A stretch of DNA of 64,000 bases from an uncultured delta proteobacterium (GTDB taxonomy: Bacteria > Desulfobacterota > RBG-13-43-22): NCBI GenBank assembly GCA_963711835.1, contig CAVQFQ010000005.1:288001-352000 (forward strand). Reading direction: 5' to 3'. This document shows positions 18,616 to 28,974 of this stretch, in pieces (the stretch's first letter is position 1; each line of letters starts with the position of its first letter). Both the position numbers and the translations under genes were made by a program. The notes under the pieces were generated by a model. It saw only the letters and a program-made list of their open reading frames with translations. It searched no databases and had not been told where the DNA came from.

Positions 18616-20304
18616 ATGACCACCAAGAAAAGACTGGGAGATATCCTCCACCAGGCCGGTTTGATCGACCAAGAAAAGCTCGATGAAGCCATTGCCCTGC
18701 AAAGGGTCAGTAAAGAGCGCCTGGGCCGGGTATTGGTAAAATTAGGCTATGTCTCGGAAGAAGATATTGCCCAGACCCTTTCCCAGCAACTCAGGATCCC
18801 CTATCTCAGCTTCTCCGATCATATTTTAGATAAAAAAATGATCCTCCTGGTTCCGGAAGGCGTGGCCCGGAACTATCTGTTGGTCCCGGTCAGTAAAAAG
18901 GACAAGGTCCTGACCGTGGCCATGGTGGATCCGCTTAATATCCTGGCCATTGATGAGCTCTCCATCCGGACCCGCTTAACCATTGAACCGGCCATTGCCC
19001 CTGAAGAGGATATCAAGCGGGCCATCGATGAATTGTACGGCGGTTCCTTTATGGCCAAAAGCGAAACGGCCCCGGAACCGCTGGGGTCCGAGGATTACCT
19101 GGAGGAAGGGCTCTTGGAAGTGGAGGAAGAGGGCCCTATCTCCCAATTAGTCAACCTGATTCTGCTTGAAGCGGCCCGGGAAAGGGCCAGCGACATCCAT
19201 ATCGAACCGGAGGAAAATCTGCTTAAAATCAGGTACCGCGTTGACGGGCTGCTTCGGGAAACCACCCCCCTTCAGAATAAGTATACCAACCCGATCATCT
19301 CCCGGCTTAAAATCATGTCCAAAATGGATATTGCCGAAAAAAGGCACCCCCAGGACGGCCGGCTTAACTTTATGGCCGACGGGAATACCATCGATGTCCG
19401 GGTTTCTTCCTTTCCGACCATTCACGGGGAAAACGTGGTCATGCGTCTGCTGGATCAATCCAGTATCCTTTTAACCCTCGAAGACCTCGGCTTCCTCCCG
19501 GAAGACTTTAAGAAATTCGTTTATCTGAGTACTATCCCTTATGGTTTTATCTTAGTGACCGGTCCTACCGGTAGCGGAAAGACGACCACCCTCTACGCCA
19601 CCCTGAACAGCATCAATGATCCCCAAAAAAATGTCATCACCCTGGAGGACCCGGTGGAGTACCGGCTGGGAGGCATTCGGCAAACCCAGATCAATCCCAA
19701 GGCCGGCCTGTCTTTCGCCAACGGTCTCCGCTACATCCTGCGCCAGGATCCGGACATCGTCATGGTGGGCGAAATCCGGGATGAAGAAACAGCCAGCACC
19801 GCGGTCCAGGCCGCCCTGACCGGCCATCTGGTACTGAGCACCCTGCATACCAATGATGCCCCGGGAACCCTGATCCGGCTCAACGAAATGGGCATCGCCC
19901 CTTTTTTAATCGCCTCTTCGGTGGAAGGGGTCCTGGCCCAACGGCTGACCCGGAGGCTCTGTAAGGATTGCAAGGAACCTTATACCGCCAGCCCGGCGGA
20001 ATTGATGGAAATGAATGTCCCCCCTTCTTCGGAAAAAATAATTCTCTACCGCCCCAAGGGCTGCCGTAGCTGCAAAAGTGCCGGCTACCGGGGGCGGATC
20101 GGTATCTATGAACTGCTTTTGGTCGACAAGGAGATCAAGGAATTGATCTTAAGCAAAGCCTCTCCCAAGGTCATCGGCGAATTGGCTGTTAAGACCCAGG
20201 GTATGAAGACCTTACGGCAGGACGGGGTAGCCAAGGTATTGGCAGGGATCACCTCTCTGGGGGAGTTGAATCGGGTAACCATCAAAGAACTCCCCCAATC
20301 CTAA
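18616..20304 (+). CDS. pilB: Type IV pilus extension ATPase (PilB/MshE/GspE) with MshEN domain
   Basis: Tandem RLGxxL motifs, ASDIHIEP, GPTGSGKT, LRQDPD and tetracysteine CxxC...CxxC. Confidence 0.92.
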   Translation: MTTKKRLGDILHQAGLIDQEKLDEAIALQRVSKERLGRVLVKLGYVSEEDIAQTLSQQLRIPYLSFSDHILDKKMILLVPEGVARNYLLVPVSKKDKVLTVAMVDPLNILAIDELSIRTRLTIEPAIAPEEDIKRAIDELYGGSFMAKSETAPEPLGSEDYLEEGLLEVEEEGPISQLVNLILLEAARERASDIHIEPEENLLKIRYRVDGLLRETTPLQNKYTNPIISRLKIMSKMDIAEKRHPQDGRLNFMADGNTIDVRVSSFPTIHGENVVMRLLDQSSILLTLEDLGFLPEDFKKFVYLSTIPYGFILVTGPTGSGKTTTLYATLNSINDPQKNVITLEDPVEYRLGGIRQTQINPKAGLSFANGLRYILRQDPDIVMVGEIRDEETASTAVQAALTGHLVLSTLHTNDAPGTLIRLNEMGIAPFLIASSVEGVLAQRLTRRLCKDCKEPYTASPAELMEMNVPPSSEKIILYRPKGCRSCKSAGYRGRIGIYELLLVDKEIKELILSKASPKVIGELAVKTQGMKTLRQDGVAKVLAGITSLGELNRVTIKELPQS

Positions 20305-20470
20305 TGAGTGCTCATCCGGAAAAGATGGTTTCCGGATGGAACCGGACCAGTTTTTTCTCCCTGTTTTTTCTTTTCTGTAGTTTTTGTTAATGATAGAATA
20401 AGAAAAATCCTGAAGACCCTTGATCCCCGCCGTGGGTCAGCGGGGTGGAGATGGGCTAAGAGAGTAGACG

Positions 20471-21712
20471 ATGGCCGTTTTTTCCTATAAGGCCCGGGAT
20501 GGCGCAGGAAAAATCATTACCGGGAAACTGGACGGGAAAGACCCTTCGGCTGTGGCCGAAGAGTTGGGCGGAAAAGGCTTTTTTCCCATTTCCATTACGG
20601 CCTCGGCCTCGGCCGACGGTTCGCCTCCTTTGGGCGTCTGGCTTAACCGGCAATCCCTCCAGTTTAAAAAAACCGTCAACCCCAAGGAACTGATCTATTT
20701 CAGCCGCCAATTGGGCACCCTCTACGGTGCGGGCATACCTCTCCTGAACGGCTTAAGCGTCCTGGCCGAACAAACCACCAATCCCAATTTCCAGAAAATA
20801 ATCAGCGGGGTGGTGGAGCAGATCAAGGAGGGAAAAACCCTTTCCGCCGCCCTCTCCGCCTATCCCAAGATCTTTTCCGACATTTATATCCACATGATAG
20901 AGTCCGGCGAATCCTCCGGATCCCTGGAGCAGGTCTGCGAGAGGCTGGCCAATCACCTGGATTATGAAGTCAAAATCCGGGCCGATATCAAAGCCGCTAC
21001 CCGCTATCCCAAGATCGTGGTCATCGCCATCCTATCGGCCTTTGTCCTCGCGGTAACCTTCATCATACCGAAATTCATGGGTATCTTTAAAAATGCCCAG
21101 ATGGACCTGCCCCTGCCCTCCAAGATCCTGATGTATACCAGTATCTATTTTACCCAATACTGGTATTATCTGGCCCTCGGGGCCGCCGGGTGCTGGATCG
21201 GTCTAAAACTTATCCTGCGCACCCCGAAAGGCCGGATGTTCTGGGACGAGTGGAAGCTGAAAGTGCCCATCTTCGGTCCCCTCTTTATGAAGATCTTCAT
21301 GTCCCGCTTTATCCGAACCTTTGTCAGCCTGAACCAGAGCGGGATCCCCATCCTGACGACCCTGGATATATCCGCTAAGACCTTCGGAAATGCCTTTTTG
21401 ACTCAAGTGGTTCAAACCATAAAAGAAGGGGTTAAGGAGGGAGCCGACCTCTGGGAGAGGATGCGGAATTCCAAGGTTTTCCCGCCCCTGGTCTATCATA
21501 TGTTTGCCATCGGGGAATCCTCCGGGACCATGGACCGGATCCTGGGCAAGATCTCCGATTATTACGACCGGGAAGTGGATTATTCCATCAAGAACCTGAC
21601 CACCATGATCGAACCCGTCCTGATCGTTTCCATGGGGGCCATGGTCCTCTTTATCGCCCTGGGGGTGTTTATGCCCATGTGGGACCTGACCAAGCTGGCC
21701 CGCCAGCGCTGA
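20471..21712 (+). CDS. pilC: Type IV pilus inner-membrane platform (PilC/MshG/GspF)
   Basis: FSRQLGTL..AGIPL, GESSG twice and IEPVLI. Confidence 0.92.
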   Translation: MAVFSYKARDGAGKIITGKLDGKDPSAVAEELGGKGFFPISITASASADGSPPLGVWLNRQSLQFKKTVNPKELIYFSRQLGTLYGAGIPLLNGLSVLAEQTTNPNFQKIISGVVEQIKEGKTLSAALSAYPKIFSDIYIHMIESGESSGSLEQVCERLANHLDYEVKIRADIKAATRYPKIVVIAILSAFVLAVTFIIPKFMGIFKNAQMDLPLPSKILMYTSIYFTQYWYYLALGAAGCWIGLKLILRTPKGRMFWDEWKLKVPIFGPLFMKIFMSRFIRTFVSLNQSGIPILTTLDISAKTFGNAFLTQVVQTIKEGVKEGADLWERMRNSKVFPPLVYHMFAIGESSGTMDRILGKISDYYDREVDYSIKNLTTMIEPVLIVSMGAMVLFIALGVFMPMWDLTKLARQR

Positions 21713-21732
21713 GGATGCGGGAAATTACAGGT

Positions 21733-22089
21733 ATGGCCGATAGAGGCAGCGCCGGCCTGAGCTTGATCGAACTGATCGTGGTCCTGATGATCTTCGGCAT
21801 TTTAGTGGTGATCGCCGTTCCCAGGTACCTTAATCTCCAGCAGGAAGCCCGCCTGGCGGCCCGGGACAGCCTGACCGGAAACTTACGGGCAGCCGCCGGG
21901 ATTGCCTATGCCGATGCTTCGATAAATGGTTCAGGGATCATCAATGCCGCAATAGTCTATAGCTCCCTGGCGGAATCGGGCGGGCTGACCTTTGCCGGGA
22001 CGGTTTTTACCGCCACCATCGGCGGCGTCCAGTACACCTGGACCTTTACGACCCCGGCCGGGATCGGGTCCCCTTTTCCGACTACCTGA
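21733..22089 (+). CDS. Type IV pilin 1 (MshA-like, divergent copy)
   Basis: Prepilin motif G|LSLIEL with E5; homologous to the next two pilins. Confidence 0.88.
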   Translation: MADRGSAGLSLIELIVVLMIFGILVVIAVPRYLNLQQEARLAARDSLTGNLRAAAGIAYADASINGSGIINAAIVYSSLAESGGLTFAGTVFTATIGGVQYTWTFTTPAGIGSPFPTT

Positions 22090-22375
22090 GTCCTTTTTTT
22101 CATCAGGCAGTATTAAAAAAATTGCTTACATTCCGGGAATGTTATGCTATCGTTTCGCCGATTTCCATTCCGCCCCGGCGGATTCTCGTAGGTTGCGGCT
22201 AACTATCTTAAATTAACCCAACAGTTGCATTAAAATTGGGCGGAAAATCCCTCCTTCCCCCCTTTGGCAAAAGGAGGGAAGGGGGGGTTAGCTGGCGATT
22301 CTGCTGATCGAAAATTTTTTTGAAACGTTTAAGTTAAGAATGATATTATTATTTCAGGAAAGGGGGTGATTCATC

Positions 22376-22738
22376 GTGAGAAAAAGGAGGATGGGGAATT
22401 ATGGTTTTACGATGATCGAACTGATCATCGTGATCGTGATTATCGGGATTCTGGCCGCTATCGCAGTTCCCCGCTATCTGGATCTTCGGAGCCAGGCCCG
22501 GCTGGCTGCCCGGGACGGCTTGACCGGAAACATCAGGGCTGCGGCTTCCATTGCCTATGCCAACGCCTCGGTCAATAACCTGGGGGCTATCAATGCCACC
22601 AGCGTTTACGGCTCCCTGGCGGAAACAGGCGGCCTGACTTTTGCGGGGACCATCTTTACAGGCACCGTCGGCGGAGTCGCTTACACCTGGACCTTTAACG
22701 CACCGGCCGGAATCGGTTCTCCCTCCCCGACAACTTAG
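22376..22738 (+). CDS. Type IV pilin 2 (MshA-like)
   Basis: Basic leader, G|FTMIEL, 110-aa mature chain. Confidence 0.92.
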   Translation: MRKRRMGNYGFTMIELIIVIVIIGILAAIAVPRYLDLRSQARLAARDGLTGNIRAAASIAYANASVNNLGAINATSVYGSLAETGGLTFAGTIFTGTVGGVAYTWTFNAPAGIGSPSPTT

Positions 22739-22806
22739 GTTTAGTTGGGTGATACCAGCCTGACCGGTTAAAAAAAACTATTGAAAGGAGTGAGAAGAGG
22801 AACACG

Positions 22807-23164
22807 ATGAAGAAAGATAACTAATCATGGTTTTACGATGATTGAACTGATCATTGTCATCGTAATTATCGGGATCCTGGCCGCTATCGCAGTTCCCCGT
22901 TATCTGGATTTAAGAGACCAGGCACGGGTGGCTGCCCGGGACGGCTTGACCGGAAACATCAGGGCTGCGGCTTCCATTGCCTATGCCAACGCCTCGGTCA
23001 ATAACCTGGGGGCTATCAATGCCACCAGCGTTTACGGCTCCCTGGCGGAAACAGGCGGCCTGACTTTTGCGGGGACCATCTTTACAGGCACCGTCGGCGG
23101 AGTCGCTTACACCTGGACCTTTAACGCACCGGCCGGAATCGGTTCCCCTTCACCCACTACCTGA
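22807..23164 (+). CDS. Type IV pilin 3 (MshA-like), +1 frameshift in the leader
   Basis: ATG 22807 is one base out of frame with ..ITNHG|FTMIEL; the mature protein differs from pilin 2 at 2 residues. Confidence 0.85.
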
Positions 23165-23190
23165 TTTTTTAACCTTATTTGTTAATGAGG

Positions 23191-23228
23191 GAAGGGCCAT
23201 AAAAGGTTTTTTTATGGCCCTTCATTTT
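23191..23228 (+). terminator. Terminator after the pilin genes
   Basis: gaagggccataaaa...ttttatggcccttc followed by atttt. Confidence 0.7.
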
Positions 23229-25671
23229 ATGGTCGAAGCGCGCCTGAGGGGTTTATTCTATTTTCTGGTTCTGTCGGGATTGATCCTTATTTATTTTTGG
23301 GCACCCTTAACCCAGGGCTTTATATTTATTGAGCGGGATATCCCGGTTTTTTTCTTCCCCCCCTTAACCCTCTGGGTTGAGGCCTTCAAAACCGGGCACA
23401 TCCCTTTGTGGAATCCCTATTCCTTCGGCGGGCAGCCGCTCTTCGCCTCTCTGCAAACCGGGATCCTCTATCCGCCTAACCTCCTGCTCCTGATCCTGCC
23501 CGTCGCCTGGGCTTTTAACGCTACGATTGCCCTCCATTTCCTGCTGGCCGGCGTTTTTATCTTTCTCCTCTGCCGCCGGTTAGGGGGAAGTCCGGGAGCC
23601 GGCCTCCTGGCGGCCATTTCATTTACCTTCGGCGGCTTTTTATTATCGGTCCATAACGTGGTCTCCACCCTGCAATCGGTCACCTGGGCCCCTCTGATTT
23701 TCTTTTTTCTTTTGAAAGCCCTCGGCCGGGGAACCTGGAGCTTGGTCCTCTTGACGGCCTTGGCCGTCCTGGTTCAATTCCTGGGGGGCGGGATTGAGGT
23801 CTTTCTCCTGACCCAGGTCCTGGTCCTTTTTCTGGGCCTTTTCCCCGGGACCCTTCTGCCGGAGAAGGAATTTATCCCCCTGATTGGGCGCCTGAAGGCC
23901 CTGGCGGCAATATATCTCCTCTTTCTCGGATTAGGGGCGGTTCAAATCCTGCCCTTTCTGGAGATGGTCCAACAGTCCTTCCGCAGTACCGGTTTCAGTT
24001 ATGAAGAAGCCACGCGCTGGTCGTTGGCCTGGCGGGAACTGGTTTATATCTTTCTGCCCGATTTTTTCTGGCGGGGTACCAAATATTACTACGTTGACCA
24101 AAACTGGCTGAAAAGCATCTACCTGGGCGTGGTTCCCCTGCTGCTGGTCTTCTTTTATTTTTTAAGGAGAGACCGGCGCCGGATTTGGTTCGGAATTTTC
24201 ATGATCATCCCCTTAGTGATGGCCCTGGGGAAAAATACGCCCTTTTACGGCCTCCTCTATGCCGCGGTCCCGGGACTATCCAAAATCCATTATCCGGTCA
24301 AATTCTTTTTTCTGACCAATCTTTTCTTATGCCTCCTAACCGGCCTGGGCTGGGACGCCCTGGCCCAACGCCTCTCCGGCCGGTCCAATCCAGCCGGGAA
24401 GCGACTGAAAAGGATTTTTCTTTCCCTGGCCCTGCTGATGTCCCTCTTTCTGGTGGCCTTTTCACTCTACCGGGACCCCTTGCTCTCCTTTTTTAAAGAC
24501 TGGGTGGCCATCAGTTATGACCGCCCCTGGGAATTTAACCTCCACAACCTCTCCCGGGTGGTTTTTTACGGACTGCTCAGTTTTCTCCTTTTTTTCTTTC
24601 TGGCCGATCGAAAGCTCTCTCCCAAATGGGGTCAAATCGGGGTCATCCTGCTGCTGTTGAGCGATCTGTTTTTAGGAAATTGGGGGCAATACAAAGCCAT
24701 CGACCGGGAAACCTTTTTAAAATCCAGTCCCAATCTGGAACAGGTCCTGAAGGATCCTTCCCGGCCCCGGGTTTACACCGATATTTGGGTGCTGAAAAGC
24801 GTCAGCTTCGGGGAAAATGATGAGAAAATGGCGGCCCTTTTTTACCAGGAACGCTTTAATATGGATTACACCGTCATCCACCGCATCTATAATGCTTCCG
24901 GGTTTCCGGTCTTGTTGTACCGACCCTATAAAAACCTCTTGAACCTCCTGGAAACCTCCCCCAATCCCCAGGCTACCGATCTCCTGCGCATCATGAATGT
25001 CAAATACCTATTATGGCATGAGGAGGTCAAAGACCCCTGCCTTCCGACTCCTCCGGAAAGGCCCCCCCCATCTCCTGCCCCAAGCGGAGGCCAATCCCGT
25101 TCCCAACAAACCGCCGCCTTACAAACCGATCCTGCCCCACCTTTATGAAGACGGCCGGGTGTTGCCCCGGGCTTTTCTGGTGCCGGATTTCCAAGTTGTC
25201 GCCGATGAAAACAAGGTCAGGGACCTGATCGTCACCAAAGGCTTCGACCCGGTCCGAACCGTCCTCTTGGAAGAAGCTCCCCGCTTTCCTTCGGGACCAA
25301 AGGCCTTTGAACACGAAACTGATACGGTCCGGTTTCTGGACCGGGGTTTGAACCATCTTCAACTGGAAACCGCCTCATCCGGTCCCCGTCTGCTCTTCCT
25401 GAGCGAAACTTTCTATCCCGGCTGGAGGGCCTGGGTGGACGGCCGGAGAGAAAAAATCTACCGGGCCAATCACGCCTTTCGAGCCATCCCCCTGGGGCCG
25501 GGCCGCCATACGGTTTATCTGGCCTATCAGCCCTTTTCTTTTTATCTGGGCCTGACGATCAGCGGCCTGAGTTTAATCCTGTTATTTTTAGGCCTATTTT
25601 TGTATAAAAGATCAGGCTCGGATCGTTGGTCCAAAAGTCGTGAGAACGATTCGGCCTCTTTGATCGATTGA
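23229..25671 (+). CDS. YfhO-family polytopic membrane protein (putative GT-C glycosyltransferase), +1 frameshift near 25035
   Basis: PLWNPYSFGGQP and LYPPN; C-terminal LPRAF, YPGWRAWVDG and RANHAFRAI. One extra C in gacccctgcc splits the ORF. Confidence 0.8.
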
Positions 25672-25691
25672 ATAAATTGGATGGAGGATGG

Positions 25692-27797
25692 ATGCAGCCG
25701 ACCCAAAATAGTAAACTATTCCTGATCAGCTTCATTATGCTTTTTCTGGAAATCCTCCTGATCCGCTGGATCTCCACCGAGGTCAGGATCTTTGCCTATA
25801 TCGGCAACCTGGTCTTGCTGGCCTGTTTTCTGGGGATCGGGGTGGGCTGCTATTTCTCCAGGAAGAAAGAACAGATCCTCATCACCCTGGGCATGCTGGT
25901 CCTGATCGTCCTGGCGGTTAAATCCGAGCCTTTCCGGCACATCACCGATATGCTGAGCGCCTTCCCCGACGCCGTCATCTGGTATCAGATTATGGAACCC
26001 TTTAATCTGCGGCTGGTCCTGCAAGGGATTGGACTGACCCTCTTTATGTTTCTGATGATCCTGACGGCCTTTATCCCCTTGGGGCAGATCTTAGGCAAAC
26101 TCTTAGATGAGCATCCTAAAACGATTGAAGGCTATTCGGTTAATATCGTGGCCAGCCTGATCGGCATCTGGGCCTTTAATATCTTTGCGCTCTATTACAC
26201 CCCGCCCTGGCTCTGGTTTCTTTTCAGTCTCATTCTCCTGTTCTTCTTTGTGCCCCGCTCCAAATTCAACACGTTCCTGTTCGGCCTGGGCGCTCTTTTT
26301 ATTCTTCTATTGTTAAGCCTATCCAATCCCAACATCCCGACTGTCTGGAGTCCCTACCAGAAATTGGAGGTCCATCCCAATTTCACCCTGGGCCTTCGAA
26401 ACGGCTTTGTCGTCAATGTCAACAACGTCGGCTACATGACCCTCCTTGATCTTTCCGACAAATTCATCACCAATGTCCCGGACCGCTACAATAAAGCGCA
26501 GCGGAAATTCGGCCAGTATGATCTTCCCTATGCCTTTACCGACCGGGCCGATTCGGTTTTGATCGTCGGTTCCGGGGGAGGCAATGATGTCGCCGGGGCC
26601 TTGAGGCACAACCCCCGGAGCATTGATGCCGTGGAGATCGATCCCGGCATTTATCAGTTGGGGCTGGCTTTGCATCCGGAGCGGCCCTACGAGCAGAAAC
26701 CGGTCCGGGTTTTCATAGACGATGCCCGGGCCTTTTTTAAGAAAAGCTCCCATAAATATGATCTGATTTCCTTCGGACTCCTGGATTCCCACACCCTCTC
26801 CTCCAATTACAACAACACCCGTCTGGATCATTATGTCTATACCGAGGAGAGCTTCCGGGAGGCCCGCAACCTCTTAAATCCGGACGGGATCACCACGGTG
26901 ATCTTTGCCACCCAGACCAGATGGATCGGGGAGCGGATTTACGGTTTATTGAAAAAGGTCTATGGCGAGGTCCCCTATGTCTTTGCGGTTCACAGTCCGG
27001 ACAGCTCTTACGGCTGGGGGGGGACCATGTTCGTGACCGGGAAAAATATCCCGGCCCTTAAACAGAAAGTGGACTCCGATCCAGAACTCAAAGCCCTGCT
27101 GGCCAAAAACGCCGTTTCTTACTCGGATAGGGTGCGCTTGACTACCGATGATTGGCCCTATTTGTATATTAAAAAAGCCCGCATCCCCCGCATGTACTGG
27201 TTGATTATGGGCTCCCTGCTGGTCTTGTTTCTTCTGGCCAGGCGCTTCATCCTGACGGCCGACGGGGGCCGGATCAACCTCCATTTCTTCTTCCTGGGCG
27301 GCGCCTTTCTGTTACTGGAGTTCCAGAACGTCAGCAAGGCCTCCCTGCTCTTCGGCTCCACCTGGATCGTCAATTCCTATATCTTTTCCTCTATTCTGAT
27401 CTTGATTTTATTGGCGAATTTATTTGTCTCTTATGTTAAACTTCGAAACGTCCTGGTCTTCTACCTGCTGCTCTGGGCTTCCATCCTGATGCTTTATTTC
27501 ATGCCCCTGGATCTCTTTAACGCTTACGGATTCTGGAGCAAAATCCTTTTGGCCTCCTTAGGGCTTAATCTGCCTATCTTCTTTGCCGGGATTATTTTTA
27601 TCCATTCTTTCAAAGAAACGCCGGCCAAGGACCTGGCCCTGGGATCCAATCTGATCGGAGCGGCCTTGGGCGGGCTGCTGGAATCCCTGTCCTTTATGAC
27701 CGGGATCAAGGCCTTGTTATTGCTCGTTTTGGCCTTCTATATCCTGTCGTTTCTCTGTCTGCCCAAAGGAAGGCCCAAGGCCTTACCCGCAGCTTAG
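25692..27797 (+). CDS. Membrane-bound spermidine synthase-like SAM-dependent transferase
   Basis: Multi-TM N- and C-termini, WSPYQK, VLIVGSGGGND, AVEIDP, DDARAF, LDSHT and TDDWPY. Confidence 0.8.
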   Translation: MQPTQNSKLFLISFIMLFLEILLIRWISTEVRIFAYIGNLVLLACFLGIGVGCYFSRKKEQILITLGMLVLIVLAVKSEPFRHITDMLSAFPDAVIWYQIMEPFNLRLVLQGIGLTLFMFLMILTAFIPLGQILGKLLDEHPKTIEGYSVNIVASLIGIWAFNIFALYYTPPWLWFLFSLILLFFFVPRSKFNTFLFGLGALFILLLLSLSNPNIPTVWSPYQKLEVHPNFTLGLRNGFVVNVNNVGYMTLLDLSDKFITNVPDRYNKAQRKFGQYDLPYAFTDRADSVLIVGSGGGNDVAGALRHNPRSIDAVEIDPGIYQLGLALHPERPYEQKPVRVFIDDARAFFKKSSHKYDLISFGLLDSHTLSSNYNNTRLDHYVYTEESFREARNLLNPDGITTVIFATQTRWIGERIYGLLKKVYGEVPYVFAVHSPDSSYGWGGTMFVTGKNIPALKQKVDSDPELKALLAKNAVSYSDRVRLTTDDWPYLYIKKARIPRMYWLIMGSLLVLFLLARRFILTADGGRINLHFFFLGGAFLLLEFQNVSKASLLFGSTWIVNSYIFSSILILILLANLFVSYVKLRNVLVFYLLLWASILMLYFMPLDLFNAYGFWSKILLASLGLNLPIFFAGIIFIHSFKETPAKDLALGSNLIGAALGGLLESLSFMTGIKALLLLVLAFYILSFLCLPKGRPKALPAA

Positions 27798-27845
27798 GAA
27801 TCCGGAAATTCCCTGAGAAAACCCGTTGCCCCCAAGGAGGGAAAA

Positions 27846-27967
27846 ATGGCCTTTATCCAGGCCCAAGGGCTTTCAAAGAGTACCAGATGGGCGAGATCAG
27901 GCTGACGGCCCTGAAGAACCTTTCCTTTCAAATCGACCCGGCCCCTCTACCGTTCCACAGGAAATGA
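27846..27967 (+). pseudogene. N-terminal remnant of a LolD/MacB-type ABC ATPase
   Basis: MAFIQAQGLS/EYQMGEIRLTALKNLSFQID with RBS ggaggg; it ends before Walker A. Confidence 0.6.
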
Positions 27968-27994
27968 CAGCCTGTTAGGTCAGGCCGGTAAGCT

Positions 27995-28319
27995 ATTTGA
28001 ACAAATAGAAGATGATACCGATTTATGCGTGTCTTGCCTGACGATTTTTGAACTTAAAAGGCTGGCCCTCAGGGGAGCGCTGGAACAAGACGCGGTGAAC
28101 AGACTTATTGAAAATATCATGTCGCTTTGCCGTATTTCCTGGCTTGACAACATTGAGATTAATTACCTTGCCGCCGGTCTTGCTCAGGGACTGGGGATAC
28201 CTGCTGTGGATTCCCTGATTTTGGCAGGATTTATTTTGAATAGCGCGGAGACGATCTACACCACAGATTCTCATTTGGAAAAATACGTCAAAAATGGAGT
28301 CCGGGTCATCAAACTGTAG
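27995..28319 (+). pseudogene. PIN-domain (VapC-like) toxin, N-truncated
   Basis: SCLTIFEL, DSLILA and IYTTDSHL; the first catalytic Asp region is absent. Confidence 0.7.
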
Positions 28320-28597
28320 AGGCGACGGGGGCGGCGGCGCCGGGGATTACACCTATCTGAGCTTAACCACCTGTAAACTAGCAAACAACGCCGGGACCGA
28401 AATCGCTTCCAATTCCCTGGCCGGGCGCATTTTAATCACCGAAGATGCCCCTTTTCTGATCTATCTGCCTATTATTTTTAGATGATCCCAATTGCTAATA
28501 TAATGTTTCTGTCCAGCTTGGATGAAACATTATATTAGGGAATAAGGCAGATGTCCCCCGATTACTCTGGGCCTCGAACCGAGGCCTCGGATTAATT

Positions 28598-28741
28598 TCA
28601 GCCCTTGTCGGAATCGTCCAGCATGATGACATTGGACTTCTTGGGACAATCAGGGTCCTGAGGCTTCGACGGAGTGGTCACACATCCCAGCGAGGTTAAC
28701 AAACCGAGTAAAACGATTAAAGCCATAATTTTTTTTATCAT
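28598..28741 (-). CDS. 47-aa lipoprotein (not in the ORF track)
   Basis: MIKKIMALIVLLGLLTSLG-C lipobox-like signal. Confidence 0.65.
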   Translation of the reverse strand: MIKKIMALIVLLGLLTSLGCVTTPSKPQDPDCPKKSNVIMLDDSDKG

Positions 28742-28974
28742 GGGTCTATCCAAAATCTAACCAGAGTAGATCATCTCCAAAAACAAATTATAAGGTATTT
28801 GTATAGTTCCCGCCCTCTTCTGTCAAGACCAAACCCCAAAAAATCCAGAATCAGGGCTGAGGACCAAGGCTTTATGATTTATTTCACAACTTACCGAACA
28901 ATCAGGGAAAATAGTCCTTGCTCTTTTGTGATTTGGTGTGTAAACATTATATCAATAATCAATCCGAGGATGCA

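Noticed and set aside
22376-23164. Electrically conductive (e-pili) pilins
   Set aside because: The mature chain is 110 aa with 9 aromatics (about 8%) and a 26-residue aromatic-free gap. It looks MshA-like, not like truncated Geobacter PilA.
28925-28955. NrtR operator upstream of pncB
   Set aside because: No proper GT-N7-AC palindrome.
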